Part shown: piece by piece, positions 18,042 to 27,529 of the stretch | Layout: every line of letters starts with the position of its first letter | Numbering within the stretch: the stretch's first letter is position 1 | Virus record (IMG/VR): IMGVR_UViG_3300038465_000158 | Span: 1 to 64,000 of that record | Length of the DNA: 64,000 bases | DNA from: a virus | Strand: one strand, 5' to 3' | The notes under the pieces: generated by a model | Database searches by the model: none | What the model was told of the DNA's origin: nothing | What the model saw: only the letters and a program-made list of their open reading frames with translations | Translations under genes and position numbers: made by a program

Positions 18042-18464
18042 ATGACGAAACGAGCGATTATTTGTGACATCGACGGGACCGTGGCAACTCATGGCAATGA
18101 ACGAGGGCACCACGAGTATGAGAAAGTCGGCGGCGATCGGCCGAATCAGACAATCATTGATCTCGTGCACATTCTTTCGCAAGGGTACTGGATCGTTTTC
18201 GTTTCAGGACGAATGGAACACTGTCGTGAAATCACTGAAGACTGGCTCGAGACGCACATGGGTTCGTGGACTCGGCATTGTGAATTGTTCATGAGACCTG
18301 ACGGCGATCATCGTCAAGACACGATCGTCAAACGTGAGATTCATGACCGAGATCTTGTGCCAAAATACGATATTGTTTGCGCAATCGACGATCGCAATCA
18401 AGTCGTGAAGATGTGGAGAGACATGGGAATCACTTGTCTCCAAGTTGCTGAAGGTAACTTCTAA
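18042..18464 (+). CDS. HAD-family phosphatase, PseT (polynucleotide kinase) 3'-phosphatase-like
   Basis: DIDGT, VSGR, LFMRP..D.R.D..VK, DDRNQVV.MWR. Confidence 0.88.
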   Translation: MTKRAIICDIDGTVATHGNERGHHEYEKVGGDRPNQTIIDLVHILSQGYWIVFVSGRMEHCREITEDWLETHMGSWTRHCELFMRPDGDHRQDTIVKREIHDRDLVPKYDIVCAIDDRNQVVKMWRDMGITCLQVAEGNF

Positions 18465-18669
18465 TGACAATGACAATGAACGACAAAGAAGAACGATGTC
18501 CGATTTGCGGCAGCACGAATCTCGTGAAGACTGCGCTCGGCATCGTCTGCAAGTCGTGCAATTATGACTGGCCGTATCATGAGCATGACGAATAATGGCA
18601 TGGATTGCAGCAATAATTCATGAGGACGACATGGAGTATGATTTGGTCATACCTAACAGAAAGAAGAAC

Positions 18670-18966
18670 ATGGTAAAAATCACAATCTCAGCGAAGGTTC
18701 GCGCTGCCATTCGGCACGCTGTCTCTGTCGCTGTCGGCGCAGTTGCTTCGTGGTTCATCGCAAAGGGAGCGACGATTCATGCTGGATGGCTAGCAGCGAT
18801 GATTCCGACCGCATCCATTTTGTACTACAACGCGGTCACGTGGCTCGAGAAAAAGTTTCCGAAGTTTGGTTGGCTTCTCGGTGTTTTGCCTCAGCCGCCT
18901 GCATCTTCAACTCCTCCGGCGCCTACTCCAACACCTGCCGCAAGGAAGAGTCCAAAGAAGTCGTAA
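18670..18966 (+). CDS. Holin-like membrane protein
   Basis: Two TM helices, YY...WLE..FP..GWLLG, basic C-terminal tail. Confidence 0.6.
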   Translation: MVKITISAKVRAAIRHAVSVAVGAVASWFIAKGATIHAGWLAAMIPTASILYYNAVTWLEKKFPKFGWLLGVLPQPPASSTPPAPTPTPAARKSPKKS

Positions 18967-19035
18967 GTCTTGCTCATCGCCAAGAGCAAGTGAGGAACAT
19001 TTTCTCATCTAGATTGCCCGTCTAGAAAGTTCCTC

Positions 19036-19095
19036 AAGGGATTTGCGGAGTGCACCGTTTGTTGCTTTTCGGTGACTCCGCAAATCCCTTTCTCT
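19036..19095 (+). terminator. Long hairpin / intrinsic terminator
   Basis: AAGGGATTTGCGGAGTGCACCG...CGGTGACTCCGCAAATCCCTT followed by a pyrimidine run. Confidence 0.75.
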
Positions 19096-19140
19096 CATTA
19101 GAAAACTTTTCAAAGTTTTAACACAATTGTGTTATAAGTA

Positions 19141-19159
19141 TGCATAAATGTGATATAAT
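19141..19159 (+). promoter_or_regulatory. Extended -10 promoter
   Basis: TGCATAAATGTGATATAAT. Confidence 0.7.
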
Positions 19160-19189
19160 TTATACGTGGCACTTAACCAAGGAGAAAAG

Positions 19190-19486
19190 ATGAGGGTCCC
19201 AGTAATGACGTCATCAGTTCAAGTCCAGTTCGCGGAGCGCGACGGTACAATGGTCGAGGTCTATGACCTCGAAGTTGAAGGCGAAGGTTTTGTCGCCTGC
19301 GAAACTGCGTTTGCAATCTTCAACTCGTATCCTGATGAAATGTTTTGCGCAGCGCAGTATCGTTCACATGTCGAGAAGTTTCGCAAGCAGGGTCGTCGGT
19401 CGATGAGCGTCGGTGACGTTCTAGTTGTTGATGGCGTCCGTTATAAATGCGCGCCTGTCGGTTTTGAAACGCTAGAGGAGGCGTAA
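19190..19486 (+). CDS. YodL-like domain protein
   Basis: RSMSVGDV+V+DG..Y.C...GF. Confidence 0.7.
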   Translation: MRVPVMTSSVQVQFAERDGTMVEVYDLEVEGEGFVACETAFAIFNSYPDEMFCAAQYRSHVEKFRKQGRRSMSVGDVLVVDGVRYKCAPVGFETLEEA

Positions 19487-19839
19487 TGGAAAAGTTGACG
19501 GTAATGGACATCAACGCCGGGTATCGCAACAAGAAGTGGGGCGGTTTCGGCTATCTTGGCGGACGGCAACATTATTGCGGCGTTCGTCCGTTGATGGAAG
19601 CGTACGGCGACAAGGTCCTTTTGGACTACGCCAACGAGCACAAGTGGACCAAGGAACTTCTATTCGAGTTTTGCAACAGCACCTACGGTCGTCACTATCA
19701 TGACGTGGTCGAGTCTGGCACTCGTGAGCAGATGGCCAAGTCTGGTCCTTCATACTTCGAGGATATAGTGAAGTATTTCACAAACCGGCGTCCTGAAGAG
19801 TGGCAAGACCGATACGGAAAGGAGATGTTTCAAGAATGA
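19486..19839 (+). CDS. Hypothetical protein
   Basis: GAGGAGG SD. Confidence 0.7.
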   Translation: MEKLTVMDINAGYRNKKWGGFGYLGGRQHYCGVRPLMEAYGDKVLLDYANEHKWTKELLFEFCNSTYGRHYHDVVESGTREQMAKSGPSYFEDIVKYFTNRRPEEWQDRYGKEMFQE

Positions 19840-20210
19840 AAGTGACTGAGAAGCAAGCGCAACAGGCGCTCAAAGACATCAACAACTACTTCAACCCTAA
19901 AGTTCCTGCAGACCTTCGGGACATCATAGGCGCGGAACGAATGTACACCGAGCCTACTCTTCGGTTCAACGAAAGTGAAGACCGGTGGGAAGTCTTGTGG
20001 GAGGACGGTCCTTCGCAGTGGGCATACCGGTTCAGTGGAGACCCCAGCGAAGAGACGTGTATCTTGATGCAGCAGGCGGCTCAAGAGTTCGGGCACAAGT
20101 ACGTCCGTCCTGAAGCTCGAGAGGCGCTTGTCTTGAAGAGCGGCGTCGAACACGAAGCGCTCTATTCATTTGCAGTGTACCTGTACAAAGACCAGAAGGT
20201 CTACAACTAA
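19836..20210 (+). CDS. Hypothetical protein (WE.GP..WA)
   Basis: AAGGAG SD, ATGA overlap. Confidence 0.7.
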   Translation: MKVTEKQAQQALKDINNYFNPKVPADLRDIIGAERMYTEPTLRFNESEDRWEVLWEDGPSQWAYRFSGDPSEETCILMQQAAQEFGHKYVRPEAREALVLKSGVEHEALYSFAVYLYKDQKVYN

Positions 20211-20334
20211 TCTTTAGCACTGTTCTCGTGACGGTACATTTGTGCAAAGATGTGTTATGATGTCTATAACATCGTCTACGAAAGAATTCAAATTGGCATC
20301 GGACCGAGATTCACAAGAGTTTAAACAGTCGGTA

Positions 20335-20547
20335 ATGACTGTCGGCGAGCAGATTCGAGAACTTCGTCTTGCGAAGCATCTTTCACAGAGTGAACTGGCT
20401 CAACTTGTCCAGACACGGCAACCTGTCATCAGTCGAATTGAGAAGGGAACTCACGTACCGACGTGGCGCAACCTGGAGCGAATCTCCAGGGTACTCGGCG
20501 CTCGCGTCGAAGTAGAAGTGGTTTCTGAACAACCAGTCGCTGTCTAA
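20335..20547 (+). CDS. XRE-family HTH transcriptional regulator (start uncertain)
   Basis: IRELRLAKHLSQSELAQLV.TRQP.ISRIEKG..P. Confidence 0.9.
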   Translation: MTVGEQIRELRLAKHLSQSELAQLVQTRQPVISRIEKGTHVPTWRNLERISRVLGARVEVEVVSEQPVAV

Positions 20548-20559
20548 CCGGAGTCTTCG

Positions 20560-21138
20560 ATGGTAATTGACAACGACCTCGAAATCATTGACGCAGAAAT
20601 CGTAGATGATAAGTGTCAAAAAATCATTGGTCGCGGCAAAGGTCATCGATGCGCGACAAGGGCTGTCCCTGGCTACCTTTTCTGCCACAAGCATCTTGCG
20701 AACGCGACGGTCGCTGAGATTGCTCTCGTTCGCAAGAAAGATTTGGGTGAACTCACTTTCGAGGAAATTACTGGTCGAAAGGTCACAAACCCTCTCGAGG
20801 AACTATCTCTTCTTGTCAGTGAAGTCATTCTTTACAAAGACTTCTGCGCGGACCAAGTCGCTCGACTTCATGGTGATTATCGATACGAGGGACGAAGCGG
20901 CGAGCAACTTCGAGCAGAGGTAGCTCTCTACGAGCGAAGTCTAGACCGCGTCGGCAAACTGCTCATCGAATGGTCGCGACTTGACATCGACGAGCGATTG
21001 ACGAAGATTGAAGAGGCGAAGGCCGCAATGCTCCTCGAAGTCATCCGTCGTGTTCTTCTCTCAGCAGAACTCTCTGACGAGCAGAGAGCAAAAGCCGAAG
21101 CTGCAGCGGTGAAAGAGCTGAGGGCCCTTAATCGTTAA
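20560..21138 (+). CDS. Probable terminase small subunit
   Basis: Immediately upstream of TerL; N-terminal C..C..C..H finger, GEQLRAEV.LYER.LDR helical region. Confidence 0.65.
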   Translation: MVIDNDLEIIDAEIVDDKCQKIIGRGKGHRCATRAVPGYLFCHKHLANATVAEIALVRKKDLGELTFEEITGRKVTNPLEELSLLVSEVILYKDFCADQVARLHGDYRYEGRSGEQLRAEVALYERSLDRVGKLLIEWSRLDIDERLTKIEEAKAAMLLEVIRRVLLSAELSDEQRAKAEAAAVKELRALNR

Positions 21139-21199
21139 GAATGCATTCGCACCGTCTGGTCTCAACAGGGTTTCAGCCTTTGACCTTGCTGCTGACAGG

Positions 21200-22648
21200 A
21201 TGGAGTTTGACCAGAAGCAACGAGAGATTGCGGCTGACCCTGTCGTGTGGATTAAGGAAGTTCTCAATGAACAGCCATGGAGTAAACAACAAGAGATCGC
21301 AATTTCCGTTCGCGATAATCGTCGTACAGCAGTGAAGAGTTGCCATGACGTCGGAAAGAGTTTCATTGCTTCTAGAATCATCTGCTGGTGGATTTCATCT
21401 CATCCACCAGGGGAAGCCTTCGTCGTCACGTCCGCTCCGACATTCCAGCAAGTCCGTGCTATTCTCTGGCGAGAAGTTGGCAAGGCTCATGCAAAAGGCA
21501 ATCTCATCGGTACAATGAACGAGACAGAATGGAAGATTGGAAAAGAACTCGTTGGCTTCGGTCGGAAGCCTAGCGACTATTCTCCGACAGCATTCCAAGG
21601 TATCCATGCACGGTACGTACTGGTTGTCCTAGATGAGGCATGTGGTGTCCCTGAATCGCTTTGGGATGCTGCCGACACATTGATTCCTAACGAAGCATCC
21701 CGCATTCTCGCCATCGGAAACCCTGACGACCCAACGACGGAGTTTGCGAAAGTCTGTCAGACAAACACTGACTGGAACAAAATCAAAATCAGTGCGTATG
21801 ATTCTCCCAATTTTACTGGTGAACCCGTTTCTAAAGAAGTCAGCGAACTTCTCATTTCGAAGACGTGGGTAGCAGAAAAAGAGAAGAAGTGGGGAAAGAA
21901 TCATCCGTTCTGGCAATCAAAGGTTCTCGGAGAGTTTCCTCAACAGAGCGCAACTGCGCTTCTTCCTCTTAATCAACTGTTTGACGCTGCACGGCGGACG
22001 ATTGAACCGACTGAAGAAGAAATCGAACATGCGACTATTGGTGTAGACGTTGCTCGATTCGGCAGTGACCGCACAGTCATTTCTATTCGTCGAGGTGGAT
22101 GGGCTCGTATCATCCACAGCGCAATTGGAAATGACACAATGGAAACAGCCGGTCTCGTTCGTCGCTATATCAAGACGTACAAGGCTGAACTGACGGCTAT
22201 TGACACAGTCGGAGTCGGCGGTGGAGTCTACGACCGGTTGAGTGAAGACGGAGAAAACGTCTTTGCGATGATTGCGTCTGCTCGACCCCATGATTACGTC
22301 ACATTCGCTAACGCTCGCGCTGAATGGTACTGGAACCTTCGCGAAGTTCTTGAGCGTGGCGAACTCGACATTGATGAGGAAGACGAAGACTTGCTCTCTG
22401 AGTTAGCGAGTCTTCAGTTCAAAGTCGATTCACGTGGTCGAATTCTCTGTGAAAGTAAAGATGAGATGAAAAAGCGTGGTTTAGACTCGCCAGACCGTGC
22501 TGACTCTCTCGTGCTTTCATTTGGCGCTCCAGTCTTTCTCGATTGGAACGCCGCGTACGGTGTTCTTGAATGTGTAAGCTGCAAACGTTCGTTTGTGGAG
22601 GAAGGTCGCACCGCATGCCCGCATTGCAACGCGAAGATTGACTATTGA
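21200..22648 (+). CDS. terL: Terminase large subunit
   Basis: Walker A SCHDVGKS, Walker B VVLDEA, GNP, nuclease GVDVARFGSD, SPDRAD; C-terminal Zn ribbon. Confidence 0.95.
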   Translation: MEFDQKQREIAADPVVWIKEVLNEQPWSKQQEIAISVRDNRRTAVKSCHDVGKSFIASRIICWWISSHPPGEAFVVTSAPTFQQVRAILWREVGKAHAKGNLIGTMNETEWKIGKELVGFGRKPSDYSPTAFQGIHARYVLVVLDEACGVPESLWDAADTLIPNEASRILAIGNPDDPTTEFAKVCQTNTDWNKIKISAYDSPNFTGEPVSKEVSELLISKTWVAEKEKKWGKNHPFWQSKVLGEFPQQSATALLPLNQLFDAARRTIEPTEEEIEHATIGVDVARFGSDRTVISIRRGGWARIIHSAIGNDTMETAGLVRRYIKTYKAELTAIDTVGVGGGVYDRLSEDGENVFAMIASARPHDYVTFANARAEWYWNLREVLERGELDIDEEDEDLLSELASLQFKVDSRGRILCESKDEMKKRGLDSPDRADSLVLSFGAPVFLDWNAAYGVLECVSCKRSFVEEGRTACPHCNAKIDY

Positions 22649-23205
22649 TGACCATCGCTCACTATGAAATCTACGTAGTTGAAAATGATGAATACTGGTA
22701 CGTTGGTAGCGCTTCAGGAAATTCATCTGCAGAAAAACGATTTCAAAAACATATCGCAGGTAAAGGCGCTGATGGATTTAAGAATATATTAGATGTTCAA
22801 TTTACATTTAGAATTTTAGAAACTGGTTTAGATGATGTTATTGATCGTGAACAGCACTGGTTTGAAATATTTCAAGCAATTGACGTACGAAAATGCTTAA
22901 ATAAAAAAGCACCAAAGGCGTCATGGCCGTCTACTTTACCAGGTACTCATCTTTCTGAAGAACGACGACAGAAAATAAGTAAAAGTCGCAGAGGTACTGT
23001 TTTGTCTATTGAAACTCGAATGAAGATAAGCAAAAGTCTTAAAGGACATGAAGTATCTGTTATTACTCGACAAAAAATTGGTGATATACATGCAGGAAAA
23101 ATAGTTACTGACGACGTGAGAAAAAAGATAAGCGAAAGTCGTATGGGTCATGTAGTATCAATTTCAACTCGGCAAAAAATTAGTGAAGCACGGCGTAAAC
23201 AATGA
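22645..23205 (+). CDS. GIY-YIG homing endonuclease with NUMOD3 repeats
   Basis: EIY...YVGS...KRF..H, REQ.W; four G..+S..(T)R.KI(S)-type repeats; visibly AT-rich. Confidence 0.85.
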   Translation: MMTIAHYEIYVVENDEYWYVGSASGNSSAEKRFQKHIAGKGADGFKNILDVQFTFRILETGLDDVIDREQHWFEIFQAIDVRKCLNKKAPKASWPSTLPGTHLSEERRQKISKSRRGTVLSIETRMKISKSLKGHEVSVITRQKIGDIHAGKIVTDDVRKKISESRMGHVVSISTRQKISEARRKQ

Positions 23206-23462
23206 GCAAACTCATACGACGTGAAGCAAGCAAAACTAACGAAGAAACAGTTATAGAATCGCTCACATGGGAAGAGTTCGCCAAACAACAATGCAGTCAT
23301 TGCGGTGGTGTTCATCTTCGCGCATGCCCACGAGTAAAACGGATGATTTTTGATAAAAATCAACTTGTTGAAGTGGAATTCTTTGAGGATGGTCAGTGGG
23401 ATGCCACAAATATTTTGTGGCCTGAAGATGACAGAGTAAAGAAAGAGGAGATAAGTGAGTAA
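23202..23462 (+). CDS. Small Zn-binding protein (CSHCGGVHLRACPRV)
   Basis: Coupled ORF. Confidence 0.7.
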   Translation: MSKLIRREASKTNEETVIESLTWEEFAKQQCSHCGGVHLRACPRVKRMIFDKNQLVEVEFFEDGQWDATNILWPEDDRVKKEEISE

Positions 23463-23787
23463 TTTGCTCAAAGTAAAGGCAGCATTGGAAAATGCTGTGA
23501 ACAAGTTGAACGGTGACTACCCGCCCTATCAGGTACTTCCGGCCGTTCGCGATGCGCTTGACCTCGTCAACGCGGAACTCGAAGAGAATCCGCCCACGAT
23601 TGACGAAGTCGAAGCATTCGAGGAAGAGACCAAGGTCCCTGACCCACCAGAAGCGGAAAGTGACCCAGAGGCCGATAGCAATGCTGACGAGCCCGCGGTC
23701 GACGGACCCGAGCCTGAAACTGAAGCTGAAGCCGAAGAGGACGACGGCAAGAAGAAGTCAAAGGGTTCCAAGCCCGACGCTGAATAA
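23455..23787 (+). CDS. Acidic hypothetical protein
   Basis: GAGGAG SD, GTG start. Confidence 0.7.
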   Translation: MSNLLKVKAALENAVNKLNGDYPPYQVLPAVRDALDLVNAELEENPPTIDEVEAFEEETKVPDPPEAESDPEADSNADEPAVDGPEPETEAEAEEDDGKKKSKGSKPDAE

Positions 23788-23797
23788 CTAGGAGTTT

Positions 23798-26700
23798 CTG
23801 GCCGATTCGCTTGTACGAGGTCTGAAGACACGAGCTAATGCTCAACGTGCTGCTGCGCAAAGCGGCGGCGTAGGAGCAAACGGCCCAGCGCCAATGAACT
23901 ACGGTGCTGGAAGTGTGATGCAACAGTACAACGAGTGGAACTTCGGAATTTCCTACGGCAAAGCACTTCCACGCGCATGGGATGTCTTCGCATCTGGAGC
24001 ATTCGGTCCATTGGCGCCTCCAGTGCCAATGGGCATTGATGCTCCGCAAGACGGAGCAGACCGCCCTGAACCAAGGCGGATGCAGTATCCCATCGCCTGG
24101 AATATGCCGACTGGTCAACCAGGTAGTGAAGGTCTCAAGCTCGTCTCGTTCGCGAACCTTCGCGCGTATGCGGACATGTACTCTGTGGTTCGCGCTTGCA
24201 TCCAAGTCCGCAAGGAAGAGATTCTCGGTCTTGACTGGGACATCATACCAACGGACGGTGCATCGAGAGACATGCGAGATGACCCAGACAAGCATCAAGA
24301 CTTCCAGGACCGTCGAGACGAAGCGCTTCAGTTCTTCAAGCGACCTGACCCAAACTACCACGACTTCTCTGGCTGGATGTCGGCGCTTCTTGAAGACGTT
24401 TTCGTTGTCGATGCACTGACGCTCTACTTGCATCCGCCACGTCTCCGTAACAAGGGTCTATTCGGTTCGAACCTGGCAGCGATTGAAGTACTTGACGGTA
24501 CGACGATTCGTCCGATGCTCGACATCCGCGGCGGCACTCCTCGGCCGCCGCAAGTCGCGTATCAGCAATATCTCTACGGCATTCCGCGAGTGGACCTCAT
24601 GGACATCATCCTGGAGTCAGACATCGACCAGATGGATGACCCAGTAGAGGAATATGACGCCGACCAGATTCTCTATCTTCCATACACTCGACGGACGTGG
24701 ACTCCGTACGGATTTCCTGGCATTGAACGCGCAATCGTTCCAGTGATGACTGGTCTTCGGCGCCAGCAATTCCAGTTGGACTTCTTCAGCGAAGGTTCAA
24801 TCCCTGGCCAATTCGTCATCCCGGGTGATGACATCAGTACTCCGCAACAGATTCGTCAGTTGCAAGACACTTTGAACGCTATTGCTGGTGACCAAGCCTG
24901 GAAGCATAAGATTATCGTTCTTCCTCGTGGTTCTGACACAAAACCACAAAAGCCGCTTTCTCTTACTGATGAATTTGACTACACGGTCGTACAGATGGTT
25001 GCAATGGCGTACAACGTGATGCCGGGTGAAATTGGAATGTCTGGCGGCGGCAAATCTGCATCGGAAGCATCGAGTGCAGCTGGCGCAATGGCGAAAGAAA
25101 GTTCTGACATCAACCGACGAACGTCGTTGAAACCGATGCTTCAATGGCTTGAAAATGCGATTTTCAATCATATTCTTCAAGACATTTGTGGACAAGATGA
25201 CATGCAATGGGTTTGGGTCGGTTTGGAAGAGACAGCCGATGAAGAAACGCAAGCTAGCAACATGGAGATCCTCATTGGAACTGGTGTTCTTTCAATTGAT
25301 GAAGCTCGAGCGCAGCTCGGAATGCCGCCATGGGGACTTCCACTCACAAGTGATCCGGTCTTTGCCACAGCGACTGGACTCACGAGTCTCGGTCTCATTG
25401 CTCCAGCTGCCGCGGACGCTCAACTCGGTGCTCCAGTTGCGGACGCTGCAGCGAACGGCGGAACTCCTTTAACCGCGAGTACTCCACTTCCTGCGCAACT
25501 TCCGTCAGGCGCCAATTCTGCTCCGACGGTCATCGGCCCAGCATCCTCCCCCGCCTCAGCAGGAACGCCAGGTGCGGGTGGACGGCCAGCAGCAAGTGGC
25601 GCGAAGGCACCTTCGGTCTCCGCGCCCGCTGCGGGTTCAAGTACACCGCTCACTGCTGGAAGCAAGAAAAAGCCTAGGAAGCAGTCGAAAGCTCTTGAAA
25701 TCGCTTCGCTGAATGAACTTGATGGTCTGCGACGTGCGCTAAAGAAGCGGAGGCCGATTGACAATTGGAACTCGATGTTCCTCTCTGAAGATGTGGTCGA
25801 AAAAGTTCGCATTGTCTACAACATGACGGCAAGTGTTGAGAAGGCGATTTCTGCTGGTCGTGTCCTCGTCAAGAGCGAACAGCGAGTTCAACGTCGGGCT
25901 GACACGATTGAGGGTATCGCTTCGAATGTCTCTACCGGACTTGCTGACCTTGCGGCTCAAATCGACAATCCTGACGTTGGGATGCTTGGATTCATTGACG
26001 GTGGTACTCAAGTTCTGCAGCAGGGATACCACGCTGCATTCAACGCTGCGGCGCAAGACGCTGTTACTTCGTACAACGGCATCAACCCCATCGGACCGAA
26101 TGACTTCCGATTCCTCGCTGAGCAACGGGCTGAGAAGCAGCGAGGGTACTTGACTGGTCTTGCTCAAGACATCAAGGGTGGAACGACTCAAGCGCAGTTG
26201 AACAACCGCATCAATCTCTACGCGAGTTCTCTCGTCCCAGCTTACGAGCAGGGATACGGATTGACGGTACTTTCCAGTCCACTTCGTGGTCCGAATCCGA
26301 ATGTCGGCCCGTATGACCCGAGTGATATGGGAGACTACGGCGCTCTTAACGACTTGTACTCTGCTGATGCGACGCCCAATGACAGCGGTAATGGGATGTT
26401 CGCGCTGTCTGCTCTCGCTGCGCTAGTCGCAGGCGGGATGCTGGTTGACGACGCGATTGGCGCTGGACAACTTGGCAACAGCAGCGACGTTCCTCCGACA
26501 GATGACGGAACTGTTCCGCCAGCATACGGAATCACTTGGCACGTCAACAACGAAGACCCGTGTGAACTTTGCGCAGACCGCGACGGTCAAGTCTACACAC
26601 TGGACAGTCTACCTTGCTGGCCCGGAGATGGTGGATTCGGAGAATTCTGCGATGGAGCAGCGAATTGTCGTTGCACTCTCGAGTATGGCGATGCTGCAGG

Positions 26701-27529
26701 GACAATCACTGCAGACAATCCGTTCAGTGACATCTCTAACCAGTTCTACCCAGAACGACAAGCGCAAGAAGCGTCAGATGACCAGCGGTCAATTGATGCT
26801 CGCAATGCCGACATCGCTTCTGTCGCTGACATCAGTCCAGGCGCCGCGGACCGTATGGCCGCTCGTGATGCTCAGTTCGGCACTCCGGGTACGCGATTCG
26901 CGCCTGGTGGTAACCTGGCAGCGGCTGAAGTGCCAAGTCTTCTGAAGGCATCTGACATTGAGGACTTGGTCTACGGCTACCTCGCCAAACAATACACGAA
27001 AGATTCGATTGCTTGGGTGAAGGATGCAACATGGACGTACGATCCTGAAGTCGACGTGAGTAGCCTTGTTCTCGCGCGGCCAACACTCGAAACGAATGAC
27101 GAGAAAGTCGCTGCCATCAAGGACAAGATTGGCAACGGCGGTGGAATCAAACCACTCGTGATTGTGAAGACCCTCCAAGGCAATGAGGTAGTCGACGGTA
27201 ACCACAGGGTCAATGCTCTTCGAGAGATGGGTATTCATACTGCGGCAGCGTACGTTGGGGCCGGAAATGACCATCTGGGTCAGTATGCCGTTGCTATGCA
27301 GCATGAAGATGCACAGAAGTTGTACAAAGCACTCGACCCGTCGATGCTCACGACACTTCAAATTGGTGATTTGGTTTACGATGACGATGTCATTGTCTTC
27401 TCGACAACGCGACCCAATGCAACGGTAGTCGCTGTAGTCAAGAACGCTTTGTCAAACGAATTCACACCAGGTCAAGAGATGCTCGTCACTGACATCACAG
27501 ACAATGAGGTTATCCTGGAGATTCAGTAG
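23798..27529 (+). CDS. Portal fused to MuF-like head morphogenesis and ParB/Srx-like domains (proposed CTG start)
   Basis: Portal motifs (YG.P..E, FF.EGS.P, SIDEAR..LG.PP); C..C...DG...PGDG..C...NCRC.L; VVDGNHRV.A. Confidence 0.88.
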   Translation: MADSLVRGLKTRANAQRAAAQSGGVGANGPAPMNYGAGSVMQQYNEWNFGISYGKALPRAWDVFASGAFGPLAPPVPMGIDAPQDGADRPEPRRMQYPIAWNMPTGQPGSEGLKLVSFANLRAYADMYSVVRACIQVRKEEILGLDWDIIPTDGASRDMRDDPDKHQDFQDRRDEALQFFKRPDPNYHDFSGWMSALLEDVFVVDALTLYLHPPRLRNKGLFGSNLAAIEVLDGTTIRPMLDIRGGTPRPPQVAYQQYLYGIPRVDLMDIILESDIDQMDDPVEEYDADQILYLPYTRRTWTPYGFPGIERAIVPVMTGLRRQQFQLDFFSEGSIPGQFVIPGDDISTPQQIRQLQDTLNAIAGDQAWKHKIIVLPRGSDTKPQKPLSLTDEFDYTVVQMVAMAYNVMPGEIGMSGGGKSASEASSAAGAMAKESSDINRRTSLKPMLQWLENAIFNHILQDICGQDDMQWVWVGLEETADEETQASNMEILIGTGVLSIDEARAQLGMPPWGLPLTSDPVFATATGLTSLGLIAPAAADAQLGAPVADAAANGGTPLTASTPLPAQLPSGANSAPTVIGPASSPASAGTPGAGGRPAASGAKAPSVSAPAAGSSTPLTAGSKKKPRKQSKALEIASLNELDGLRRALKKRRPIDNWNSMFLSEDVVEKVRIVYNMTASVEKAISAGRVLVKSEQRVQRRADTIEGIASNVSTGLADLAAQIDNPDVGMLGFIDGGTQVLQQGYHAAFNAAAQDAVTSYNGINPIGPNDFRFLAEQRAEKQRGYLTGLAQDIKGGTTQAQLNNRINLYASSLVPAYEQGYGLTVLSSPLRGPNPNVGPYDPSDMGDYGALNDLYSADATPNDSGNGMFALSALAALVAGGMLVDDAIGAGQLGNSSDVPPTDDGTVPPAYGITWHVNNEDPCELCADRDGQVYTLDSLPCWPGDGGFGEFCDGAANCRCTLEYGDAAGTITADNPFSDISNQFYPERQAQEASDDQRSIDARNADIASVADISPGAADRMAARDAQFGTPGTRFAPGGNLAAAEVPSLLKASDIEDLVYGYLAKQYTKDSIAWVKDATWTYDPEVDVSSLVLARPTLETNDEKVAAIKDKIGNGGGIKPLVIVKTLQGNEVVDGNHRVNALREMGIHTAAAYVGAGNDHLGQYAVAMQHEDAQKLYKALDPSMLTTLQIGDLVYDDDVIVFSTTRPNATVVAVVKNALSNEFTPGQEMLVTDITDNEVILEIQ

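Noticed and set aside
21131-21200. Near-cognate ATC start for TerL
   Set aside because: Frame is open upstream, but the SD-TTT context is missing and ATG 21200 is usable; unresolved.
22645-23205. Group I intron or intein in terL
   Set aside because: TerL is complete upstream (SPDRAD motif present) and no intron core or intein motifs were seen.
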